A stretch of 32,000 bases of DNA. Source: a bacterium. Its GTDB lineage: Bacteria > UBP7 > UBA6624. The stretch's first letter is position 1, and each line of letters opens with the position of its first letter. The stretch lies in the NCBI GenBank assembly GCA_002716355.1, contig PBAU01000010.1, positions 90,001-122,000 of the forward strand. Reading direction: 5' to 3'. The notes below the pieces were generated by a model. It ran no database searches. It was not told the origin of the DNA and saw only the letters and a program-made list of their open reading frames with translations. The position numbers were made by a program, and so were the translations under genes. Shown here one piece after another: positions 17,965 to 25,937 of the stretch.

Positions 17965-18637
17965 AATCTTGAAAATCTAAAAAATTATCCCAAAAAGGAA
18001 TCAAAATTCTTTCTTTGTCAAAAATCACTTCAAGCATCAGTATCTGATCAAAACTTATGACTTCAGTCAAAACCAAAAGCCTTTTAGAGTACCAAGGCAA
18101 CAAAGAATTATCATCCCATAAAAACCTAACAATATTGTTACCCTTTTGAGCTTGAAGGAAATCGTCATCTTCTTGAGGGATAAAACGTTGTAAAGTTTCA
18201 CCATTTTTTAAATGAAACTTAACATAAGGCAAAGAATTTTCAACAGTATCTTTAGTTTGGTTGTGAATGTTCAAAAGCCAAAGCTGTTTGCCAGATATCA
18301 AACTATCACTATCAGACAAAAGTATCAAATCAGCTTCGTAATTCAAAGACGATGAAAAGCCATAATAAACTTTATCTTTTTGTAAAGTTTGGATATTCTG
18401 AATAACAAGATCTTTTAAAGATTCTAAATCTCCATATTTGAACCAAAGCCATGAATAAGAATAACTCAAAAAAGTACGTTGAGTTGAAGCATTTATTTCA
18501 TCATTTTGAGATTCGTAATCAGAAAGCATTCTTTTTGAATCTTCTACTTTTAAATACCAATCTTCAATATCAGCTTTTTCCTGAAAGCTGAACGAATCCC
18601 CTAGTATAAAAATTAAAAAAAATAAAAACTTAATCAT
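17954..18637 (-). CDS. Hypothetical secreted protein, translationally coupled to gatB
   Basis: 227 aa with an N-terminal signal-like segment (MIKFLFFLIFILGDSFSF). The ATG overlaps the gatB TGA (ATGA). No motif was recognised. Confidence 0.55.
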   Translation of the reverse strand: MIKFLFFLIFILGDSFSFQEKADIEDWYLKVEDSKRMLSDYESQNDEINASTQRTFLSYSYSWLWFKYGDLESLKDLVIQNIQTLQKDKVYYGFSSSLNYEADLILLSDSDSLISGKQLWLLNIHNQTKDTVENSLPYVKFHLKNGETLQRFIPQEDDDFLQAQKGNNIVRFLWDDNSLLPWYSKRLLVLTEVISFDQILMLEVIFDKERILIPFWDNFLDFQDFKN

Positions 18638-20022
18638 GTTAATTTTATATTCTTTTCAATTTCAAGCTTTAGTAATTCAGGATGTGCCCTTCCTTTAGAC
18701 TTTCTCATCCCCATGCCAACTAACGACTTAATAACAGCAGTTTTGCCATTTAAATACTTTTCAACAATCCCAGGATTCTGTCTTACTATATCTTCGGCAA
18801 GCACTGAAAGATCCTGATCGGATAAATAATTAGAATCTCCGAGTGCATTTATGAGAGAATCGATATCTGATCCTTTGATGAGCTTAGGTAAGATTTCTTT
18901 AGCTATTGCCCTTGTAACTTTCCCAGACTCAACATAACAAATCAACTCAGTCATATCTTTTACTTTTGGAGATATCCCCAAAACACTTGAATCGTTTTTC
19001 CAAAATGATGACAAGGGTCCAGTTATCCATGCAGCCAATTCCTTATTGTTTATACCCTTTGGAAAACTTTGATAATAATTAAAAACTTTATGATTTAAAG
19101 AGATGGTTCTTGCCATCTGAAAAGAAACCCCTTTATCCATCATTATCTTAACTTTCTGATATGGTGTCAAAACATCAAAAGAGCTTTTGCGAGTTTTAAT
19201 CATGCTTAAATCTGGATCAGGGAAATAACGATAATCCGAAGCTGACTCTTTCACTCTTTGGAGAATGCATTTTTGACTAGACTCATCCCAGCCTTTCGTT
19301 ACAGAATTAACAACCTCGCCATCTTCAACCTGCTTAACCTGACAAGCAATCTCCCATTTTATAGCTTTTTCAACTCCACTTATACTGCCTAAATTTTTAA
19401 TCTCCACTTTGTTTGAGACTCTCCCATCAACAGATACTGAAACGTTTGGCTCACACCTCATAGCTCCAGTTTCCATTTTTCCAGTTGAAATCTCACACTC
19501 TATTAATGATGACCTTAAGCTTCGCAAAAACTCGCCTGCCTCTCTTGAATTTTTAAAATCAGGCTCTGTAACTATTTCCAACAAAGGGATTCCTGATCTA
19601 TTAAAGTCCAACAATGAATCCTGACCTTTCACAATTAATTGTGCAGTATCTTCTTCAACCTGTATCCTTCTTATTCTTGCCTTGCACTCAACACCCTCGC
19701 TAAAGAAAAACCATTCTCCATTTTCTCCAATCGGTTTTAAAAATTGACTTATCTGATAACCCTTAGGCAAGTCAGGATAAAAATAATTTTTTCTTTCAGC
19801 TACACTAAATTCGTTTAAGCTACACTTGAGAAGATGTGCACATCTTGATGCAAGATCAAAAACATATTTGTTTGGTACTGGTAATGCTCCAGGAAGCCCA
19901 TAACAAACAGGACAGCAATTCGTATTTGGATCTGAATAAGAACAAGAACACCTGCAGTACATTTTTGTTTGGCTCATTAATTGAACATGAATCTCTAAAC
20001 CTATCATTGGATTTAAATTCAT
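18634..20022 (-). CDS. gatB: Asp/Glu-tRNA(Asn/Gln) amidotransferase subunit B
   Basis: 462 aa with GLEIHVQL, CPVCYGLPGALP, NYFYPDLPKGYQISQ and a C-terminal GatB_Yqey-like tail. Confidence 0.92.
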   Translation of the reverse strand: MNLNPMIGLEIHVQLMSQTKMYCRCSCSYSDPNTNCCPVCYGLPGALPVPNKYVFDLASRCAHLLKCSLNEFSVAERKNYFYPDLPKGYQISQFLKPIGENGEWFFFSEGVECKARIRRIQVEEDTAQLIVKGQDSLLDFNRSGIPLLEIVTEPDFKNSREAGEFLRSLRSSLIECEISTGKMETGAMRCEPNVSVSVDGRVSNKVEIKNLGSISGVEKAIKWEIACQVKQVEDGEVVNSVTKGWDESSQKCILQRVKESASDYRYFPDPDLSMIKTRKSSFDVLTPYQKVKIMMDKGVSFQMARTISLNHKVFNYYQSFPKGINNKELAAWITGPLSSFWKNDSSVLGISPKVKDMTELICYVESGKVTRAIAKEILPKLIKGSDIDSLINALGDSNYLSDQDLSVLAEDIVRQNPGIVEKYLNGKTAVIKSLVGMGMRKSKGRAHPELLKLEIEKNIKLT

Positions 20023-20031
20023 ATCAAATAA

Positions 20032-21333
20032 TCACCTTGTCCATTTTGAAAAATTATTTATCCAAAGAGCCTCATTTATTAGATTCTCATCCATATCAAC
20101 CCCTGAAGATACCTGAAAACCATAAGGAAGTCCTTTATATTTATTCCAAGGAATATTAATAGCTGGAACCCCAGCAAGAGATGGAGCTGTTGTAAAAAAA
20201 TCTTGCCTATACATTGATATTGGATCTTTTTTAGAGTTGATTCCAAATGCAACAGATGGAGTAGTTGGCGTTAAAAGCAGTCCATCTTTTGACCAGTCAT
20301 TTAAAGTTGAAGAAAGATGCTTTCTTAAGTGGACGGCTTTTTCATACAATCCTTCCTTGTGGCCTTCAGAAAGAACATGACAACCCATTAATATCCTTCT
20401 TCTAACCTCCTCGCCGAGAGAATCTTTTCTCCAAACATCTGCATGATGGTTGTTTTTTGGTCCAAATCTTATTCCGTCAAATCTAGAAAGATTGGAGCTT
20501 ACTTCAGCATAACAGATCAAATAATATACAGGGAGAGAGTTTTCAAAAATATCACATTCAATTTCCTGTATGTCAATATTTTCTTTTGCTAAATCTTTAA
20601 TTAAGATTTCAAAATCTTCGAAAATGTAAAGTTCAACGATTTTTGCTAAATCTTTTAATTTTGGAACAAAAACTTTTTTTGGCTTTTTTGATCCAAAAGT
20701 AATATTTTCCTTAACATCATAAGAGGTAGAATCATTTCTATCAAAACCTTTAATCACGTCAAAAACCCAACGAACCTCATTTAAAGTTTTTGAAAAAATT
20801 CCTATCACATCCATTGATGACGCCATTGAAATCAAGCCGTACCTAGAAACACGACCCCATGTTGGCCGAAAGCCAAAAACGCCACAAAAAGATGCGGGAT
20901 GCCTGACGGAGCCACCTGTATCTGAACCAAGAGCAAAAGGAACAATGCCAGCAGCAACAGATGCTGCACTGCCACCCGAACTACCACCACAAACTTTTGT
21001 TGGATCCCATGGGTTCAAGGAAGGCCCATAAAAGCTAGTTTCTGAGCTTGTTCCCATTGCAAACTCATCTAAATTTGTTTTTCCCACCTCGAAACAATCA
21101 TGTTTTTTGAGCTTGGTTAAAACAGTTGCCTCATAAGGACTAATGTAGCCGTCTAAAATCCTAGACGCACAAGTGGTTGGTGTTGTCAAAGTGCAAATAT
21201 TATCTTTAACAGCAAAGGGGACCGAACTATCTTTTGCCTCGCAAACTAAAGATATAAATATATTATTTTTATCCTGTCGCGCAAGGCTTAAAGATTTAGA
21301 GAAACTAATAAAATCATTTGGATAGCCCAACAT
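20032..21333 (-). CDS. gatA: Glutamyl-tRNA(Gln) amidotransferase subunit A, with a shortened N-terminus
   Basis: 433 aa with the amidase signature GKTNLDEFAMGTSSE, GGSSGGSAASVAAG and GSDTGGSVRHPASFCG. It lies immediately upstream of gatB. Confidence 0.88.
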   Translation of the reverse strand: MLGYPNDFISFSKSLSLARQDKNNIFISLVCEAKDSSVPFAVKDNICTLTTPTTCASRILDGYISPYEATVLTKLKKHDCFEVGKTNLDEFAMGTSSETSFYGPSLNPWDPTKVCGGSSGGSAASVAAGIVPFALGSDTGGSVRHPASFCGVFGFRPTWGRVSRYGLISMASSMDVIGIFSKTLNEVRWVFDVIKGFDRNDSTSYDVKENITFGSKKPKKVFVPKLKDLAKIVELYIFEDFEILIKDLAKENIDIQEIECDIFENSLPVYYLICYAEVSSNLSRFDGIRFGPKNNHHADVWRKDSLGEEVRRRILMGCHVLSEGHKEGLYEKAVHLRKHLSSTLNDWSKDGLLLTPTTPSVAFGINSKKDPISMYRQDFFTTAPSLAGVPAINIPWNKYKGLPYGFQVSSGVDMDENLINEALWINNFSKWTR

Positions 21334-21348
21334 ATATGTCAGGGCTAG

Positions 21349-21699
21349 CTATTTTTTAGAAAGCTCTGAAACTAAAGACTTAAAAGCTTCAGGTTCAATT
21401 ATTGCAATTTCCGAAAGCATTTTTCTATTAAGCTCTACTTGAGATTTTTTCAACATGTTTTGAAATCTTGAATAAGAAACACCGTGTTCCTGTAAGGCTG
21501 AAGTTAATCTTGATATCCACAGCCTTCTAAAATTTCTTTTATTGTTTTTTCTATCCCTGTAAGCGCTTGTGCCAGCATTCAAAAGAACCTCTTTTGCCTT
21601 TCTAAACCTTCTAGAGCCTGATGCTCTAAAACCTTTTGCAAGCTTAAGAACTTTCTTATGTCTTGCTCTTCTTGTCGATCCAGTTTTAACTCTTACCAT
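21349..21699 (-). CDS. rplT: 50S ribosomal protein L20
   Basis: 116 aa. The sequence MVRVKTGSTRRARHKKVLKLAKGFRA...YRDRK is canonical L20. Confidence 0.95.
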   Translation of the reverse strand: MVRVKTGSTRRARHKKVLKLAKGFRASGSRRFRKAKEVLLNAGTSAYRDRKNNKRNFRRLWISRLTSALQEHGVSYSRFQNMLKKSQVELNRKMLSEIAIIEPEAFKSLVSELSKK

Positions 21700-21700
21700 T

Positions 21701-21931
21701 TTACTTACCTAAATTCCTTAAAATTTTCTTCTTTAACGCACCCTCTACCCTAGTACCTTGAGAAAGAGATCTCTTTCTTTTGGAGGATTTTTTTCCAGTC
21801 TTATGATTCAAGCCGGGAGATTTAGAAATCACTTTGCCAGTTTTTGTAACTCTAAACCTTTTAGCAATTGCTTTATTTGTTTTTACTTTATTGCTTTTAG
21901 TATTTGTTTTTATTTTATTGCTTTTGACCAT
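21701..21931 (-). CDS. rpmI: 50S ribosomal protein L35, with a 9-aa N-terminal duplication
   Basis: 76 aa with a KAIAKRFRVTKTGKV...KKSSKRKR core. It sits between infC and rplT as in the conserved operon. Confidence 0.9.
   Translation of the reverse strand: MVKSNKIKTNTKSNKVKTNKAIAKRFRVTKTGKVISKSPGLNHKTGKKSSKRKRSLSQGTRVEGALKKKILRNLGK
21875..21928 (-). repeat. In-frame 27-bp tandem duplication at the 5' end of rpmI
   Basis: On the plus strand, 21875-21901 reads atttgtttttactttattgcttttagt and 21902-21928 reads atttgtttttattttattgcttttgac, with 23 of 27 positions identical. These encode TKSNKVKTN and VKSNKIKTN. Confidence 0.85.
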
Positions 21932-21932
21932 T

Positions 21933-22490
21933 TTAAGATTTTCCAGGATTAAACATTAATGTTGCTTGTGTGTTTTCAACTTTTATGTCGGACAAAACAA
22001 CTCCGAAATCCTTTACTTCCTCCTTAATATATTCAAGTAATTCTAACCCTCTTGACTTGTGAATCCTCTCTCTCCACTTGCGAAAATGAACTGTAACCTT
22101 AACTCTATGACCTTGAGAAAGGAATTTTTTAACTCTTTTTGTCCTTACTTCCAGGTCTCCCTTGTCTATATTTAGCTTTAAACGAATTTCCTTCAATTGA
22201 GACTTAGCAGTAGCATTTTTAGACTTAATAACCTTTTCTTTCCTTCGCTTTTCATATAAAAACTTACCATAATCTAAAATTTTTGCCACTGGAGGATCGC
22301 TGTTTTCAACAGTTAGAACCAAATCAAGCCCACTATTCTTAGACTTTTCTAAAGCTGATCGGACGTCCATAACTCCCAAATTCTCACCATTTTCATCTAT
22401 CACCCTAATGCGTCTAGCTCTTATATCTTCATTTATAAAATGTAACCTTTTTGGTTTTTTCTGTGAAGATCCTCTTCTAAAGCGACTCAA
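21933..22490 (-). CDS. infC: Translation initiation factor IF-3
   Basis: 185 aa with INEDIRARRIRVIDENGENLGVM and ILDYGKFLYEKRRKEK. The only in-frame start near the N-terminus is TTG at 22490-22488, overlapping the thrS TGA (TTGA). Confidence 0.92.
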   Translation of the reverse strand: MSRFRRGSSQKKPKRLHFINEDIRARRIRVIDENGENLGVMDVRSALEKSKNSGLDLVLTVENSDPPVAKILDYGKFLYEKRRKEKVIKSKNATAKSQLKEIRLKLNIDKGDLEVRTKRVKKFLSQGHRVKVTVHFRKWRERIHKSRGLELLEYIKEEVKDFGVVLSDIKVENTQATLMFNPGKS

Positions 22491-24211
22491 TTAACATTAC
22501 CTTCTTTTTTTAATTCTTCTATTAGTTCATTTTTGGATACAGAACCTCTGTCTCCATCGTCTCTATGCCTTACAGAAACAGACGAAGAATTCATCTCTCT
22601 ATCCCCAACAACAAACATATAAGGAACTTTATTCAACTCAGCATCTCTAATTTTTTTACCTACTTTTTCATTTCTGTCGTCAAGCTTAGCTCTTATCCCT
22701 GCTGATTTTAAATCATTCAAAAACTCTCTCCCATAATCAAAATGCTTTTCTGAAATGGGCACTATTATAGCCTGAGTGGGAGAAAGCCAGAAAGGAAAGT
22801 TGCCCGCATAATGCTCAATCAATATGCCAATAAACCTCTCCATTGAACCGAAAATTGCTCTATGTATAAGAACTGGAACCTCTTCCTCATCATTCGAATT
22901 AACATAGCTTAGATTAAATCTATCTGGAAGATTAAAATCGATTTGCACAGTTGTGCACTGCCAATGCCTACCTAAAGCATCTTCTATTTCAAAATCAAGT
23001 TTAGGACCATAAAAAGCACCATCACCTGGAATGTATTCAGCATCAATTCCTGCTTTTGAAATTGCAGCCTTTAGTGAAGATTCGGCTTTCTCCCATGCTG
23101 CATCAGAGCCTATTGATTTGTCAGGACGTCCCTTGAAAAACAACTTCCACTTAAAGCCAAATTTAGAGAAAATACTTTCAGCAAAATTCAAAACTTCAAT
23201 TATTTGATTTTCAAGCTGGTCAAAAGTACAAAATATATGCGCATCATCTTGAGTGAAGCCTCTAACTCTAAAAAGACCGTGCATTGTTCCCGCTTTTTCA
23301 TTTCTGTAAACAGTACCAAATTCCATTAATTTCACCGGTAACTCTTTATAGCTTCTTCTTTTTCTTGAATAAACCAACATATGACCTGGACAATTCATCG
23401 GCTTTATCCCAACACCTGAATCACCTTCATCATCTGGACAGATAAACATAAAATCTTTAAAATTTGCCAAATGTCCGCTTTTTTCCCAGAGGTTAGTATG
23501 TACAATATGAGGTGTTTCAATCTCCCTGTAGCCATCTTTAACATGCATTGATCTGGACCATTCCATTAATGAATTTAAAAGTTTTTTACCTTGGGGTAGC
23601 CAAAAAACTAAACCGCTACCAGCATCTTGAGAAAATATTTCAAAAAGATTCAATTTCTGACCAATTCTCCTATGATCTCTTTTTTCAGCCTCTTTCAACT
23701 TATCCAAATAAGCTTTTAATTCAGACTTTTTCTCAAAAGATGTTGCATAAATCCTTTGCAACATAACATTATTTTCATTACCTTTCCAGTATGCTCCTGA
23801 TGTTGATAGTATTTTGAATTTTCCAATTTGTGATGTTGACGCTACATGAGAAGGCTTGCCTTCACAAAGGTCAGTAAACTCACCCTGCTTGTAGAAAGAT
23901 ATTTCTTCTGATTCAGGTATATCCATTACTAATTCTTGCTTAAAGGGTTGACCTTCCAGCTCTTCTAAAGCTTTCTCTCTGCTTAAAGTAAATTTTTCAA
24001 GCTTGTAATCATCTTTAACAATACGATGCATCTCTTCTTCAATCTTTAAAAAATCATCTTCAGAAAACTCTCTACCAAATAAAAAATCATAGTAAAAGCC
24101 ATCTTGTATTACAGGTCCTATTCCCAACTTTACATCAGGGAACAACCTTAAAACAGCTTGAGCCAAAACATGACTTGCTGTATGTCTCATATTTTCAATT
24201 TTATTAATCAT
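22487..24211 (-). CDS. thrS: Threonyl-tRNA synthetase without an N-terminal TGS domain
   Basis: 574 aa. It begins directly at the editing-domain block RHTASHVLAQAV...GPVIQDGFYYDF. The class-II core has FRVRGFTQDDAHIF and GSMERFIGILIEHY, followed by a C-terminal anticodon-binding domain. Confidence 0.92.
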   Translation of the reverse strand: MINKIENMRHTASHVLAQAVLRLFPDVKLGIGPVIQDGFYYDFLFGREFSEDDFLKIEEEMHRIVKDDYKLEKFTLSREKALEELEGQPFKQELVMDIPESEEISFYKQGEFTDLCEGKPSHVASTSQIGKFKILSTSGAYWKGNENNVMLQRIYATSFEKKSELKAYLDKLKEAEKRDHRRIGQKLNLFEIFSQDAGSGLVFWLPQGKKLLNSLMEWSRSMHVKDGYREIETPHIVHTNLWEKSGHLANFKDFMFICPDDEGDSGVGIKPMNCPGHMLVYSRKRRSYKELPVKLMEFGTVYRNEKAGTMHGLFRVRGFTQDDAHIFCTFDQLENQIIEVLNFAESIFSKFGFKWKLFFKGRPDKSIGSDAAWEKAESSLKAAISKAGIDAEYIPGDGAFYGPKLDFEIEDALGRHWQCTTVQIDFNLPDRFNLSYVNSNDEEEVPVLIHRAIFGSMERFIGILIEHYAGNFPFWLSPTQAIIVPISEKHFDYGREFLNDLKSAGIRAKLDDRNEKVGKKIRDAELNKVPYMFVVGDREMNSSSVSVRHRDDGDRGSVSKNELIEELKKEGNVN

Positions 24212-24232
24212 TAAACAATTAGATTTCCATCA

Positions 24233-24306
24233 TGGGAGATGGTGGACTTGAACCACCGACCTCTTGAATGTCAATCAAGCGCTCTATCCAGCTGAGCTAA
24301 TCCCCC
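24233..24306 (-). tRNA. tRNA-Val (anticodon GAC), no encoded CCA
   Basis: Hand-folded from GGGGGATTAGCTCAGCTGGATAGAGCGCTTGATTGACATTCAAGAGGTCGGTGGTTCAAGTCCACCATCTCCCA. It has a 7-bp acceptor stem, a GCTC/GAGC D stem, a CTTGA/TCAAG anticodon stem with loop TTGACAT, and a TTCAAGT T-loop. Confidence 0.9.
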
Positions 24307-24328
24307 TTTTTTTATTATTCTCAAAATA

Positions 24329-24402
24329 AGGGCGCGGTCGGATTCGAACCGACGAATATAGGCTTTGCAGGCCCACGCCTTAAACCACTTGGCCACGCGC
24401 CC
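24329..24402 (-). tRNA. tRNA-Cys (anticodon GCA, discriminator U), no encoded CCA
   Basis: Hand-folded from GGGCGCGTGGCCAAGTGGTTTAAGGCGTGGGCCTGCAAAGCCTATATTCGTCGGTTCGAATCCGACCGCGCCCT. The anticodon loop is CTGCAAA, the T-arm is GTCGG-TTCGAAT-CCGAC, and the acceptor stem is GGGCGCG/CGCGCCC. Confidence 0.9.
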
Positions 24403-24409
24403 AAGAAAA

Positions 24410-24482
24410 AGCGGAAGACGGGACTTGAACCCGCGACCTCCAGCTTGGGAAGCTGATGCTCTACCAACTGAGCTACTTCCGC
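24410..24482 (-). tRNA. tRNA-Gly (anticodon CCC), no encoded CCA
   Basis: Hand-folded from GCGGAAGTAGCTCAGTTGGTAGAGCATCAGCTTCCCAAGCTGGAGGTCGCGGGTTCAAGTCCCGTCTTCCGCT. The anticodon loop is TTCCCAA and the discriminator is U. Confidence 0.9.
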
Positions 24483-24515
24483 AATAAAAATCAAACATAA
24501 AAGCGATCCTATTCA

Positions 24516-25937
24516 TTATTTGATTTTATTCCAAGTTGTACCTGATGAAGAATCTTTGATTTGAATACCTAAACCTAACAATTCGTCTCTTATGCAGTCA
24601 GCTTTTTTCCAATCCTTATCATCTCTCGCTTTGTTTCTTTCTTCTATCATTTCTTTAATCTTTTGATTATCTGAGCTATCCTGTTTGACAAAAATCCCCA
24701 AAACTTCATTAACTTCAGAAAGAAAAGACTTTGCACTCACTGCAATATCATCAAGTCCTTTTTTTCTTGAGTCTTTTACAAGATCCATAACAACAGCAAT
24801 AGCCTGAGGAACATCTAGATCTTTTTGCATAAAATCTACAAAAGAATCTTTATACTTTTGCACAAAATCATGATTATGAGAATTTGCTTCTTTGACATCA
24901 TCTAAATCTTGAACGAAATTATGAAGCCTTTTTAAAGCTGATCGAGAATCCTTCAAGAGTTCAAAGCTAAAATTTAATGGTTGCCTGTAATGACCTCTTA
25001 TAAGTGAATATCTTAACTCGGAGCCGTTAAAACCCCTGTTGTAAATATCACTTGGAGTATAAGCATTGCCCAAACTTTTTCCCATCTTGCCACCATCTAC
25101 CAATAAAAACCTACAATGCATCCAATGCCCTGCAAGCTTTTTACCAGAAAACGCTTCACTTTGAGCTATTTCGCATTCGTGATGAGGAAAAACTAAATCC
25201 TCTCCTCCAGAGTGAATGTCTAACTTATCACCAAAAAGCGAATTCACCATTGCAGAACATTCAATGTGCCACCCTGGAAATCCATCACATCCTAATTCTG
25301 TATCCCATTTCATAAGATGTTTTGGATCAGTTTTCCAAAGAGCAAAATCTCTAGCATCTCTTTTCTCAGAATTGATATCAATCCTGTGGCCTAAGTCAAG
25401 CTTTTCGATTAAGTTCTTTGATAAATTTCCATATTTTTTAAATGATTTAACTGAAAAATAGATATTGCCATTAGATTCATATGCATAACCTTTGTCAACA
25501 AGTTCACGAATCATCGAAACCATATCGTCAATATGCTTTGTTGCTTTAGACATATGTGTAGGCTTTTTCATATTCAAAGAATCCATATCACTAAAAAACT
25601 GTTTTTCATATCGTGCAACGATATCCCATGGAGAAAGGCCTTTTTCTTTTGCTTTTTCTTGTATCGGATCAATCTTAAGTGATGAATCATCACTTTCTCT
25701 CATGTGTCCAACATCAGTAATATTCATAGCTTGAAAAACTTTCCAGCCACCCCACTCCAAAGTCCTCCTTAAAACATCCGAAAAAAGAAAAGATCTCCAA
25801 TTCCCAATGGTAGGACAACTATACAAAGTTGGCCCACAATGATACATTCTCACAACACCTTCTTCATGAGTTTTCAAGGGAAAGAGATCAGCTCTTAAGG
25901 TATCAAAAAAAATTGGCTTTAGCCAGGGTTTATTCAA
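24516..25937 (-). CDS. cysS: Cysteinyl-tRNA synthetase with a divergent HIGH motif
   Basis: 473 aa with a TTG start overlapping the upstream TGA. Motifs seen are RMYHCGPTLYS, NITDVGH, FPGWHIECSAM (Zn site) and GGKMGKSLGN (KMSKS). The HIGH position reads TIGN. Confidence 0.88.
   Translation of the reverse strand: MNKPWLKPIFFDTLRADLFPLKTHEEGVVRMYHCGPTLYSCPTIGNWRSFLFSDVLRRTLEWGGWKVFQAMNITDVGHMRESDDSSLKIDPIQEKAKEKGLSPWDIVARYEKQFFSDMDSLNMKKPTHMSKATKHIDDMVSMIRELVDKGYAYESNGNIYFSVKSFKKYGNLSKNLIEKLDLGHRIDINSEKRDARDFALWKTDPKHLMKWDTELGCDGFPGWHIECSAMVNSLFGDKLDIHSGGEDLVFPHHECEIAQSEAFSGKKLAGHWMHCRFLLVDGGKMGKSLGNAYTPSDIYNRGFNGSELRYSLIRGHYRQPLNFSFELLKDSRSALKRLHNFVQDLDDVKEANSHNHDFVQKYKDSFVDFMQKDLDVPQAIAVVMDLVKDSRKKGLDDIAVSAKSFLSEVNEVLGIFVKQDSSDNQKIKEMIEERNKARDDKDWKKADCIRDELLGLGIQIKDSSSGTTWNKIK

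Noticed and set aside
17954-18637. Gene downstream of gatB as a divergent GatC.
   Set aside because: At 227 aa with an N-terminal signal peptide, it does not fit GatC, a ~95-aa cytoplasmic helical protein. It also lies downstream of gatB rather than upstream of gatA.
24212-24232. T-box or thrS operator-type leader upstream of thrS.
   Set aside because: Only 21 nt separate tRNA-Val from the thrS ATG, which is too short for either element.
24271-24516. 81-aa minus-strand ORF (MNRIAFMFDFYCGSSSVGRASAS...).
   Set aside because: It lies entirely across the tRNA-Gly and tRNA-Cys genes and part of tRNA-Val. It is an artefact of reading through GC-rich tRNA sequence.
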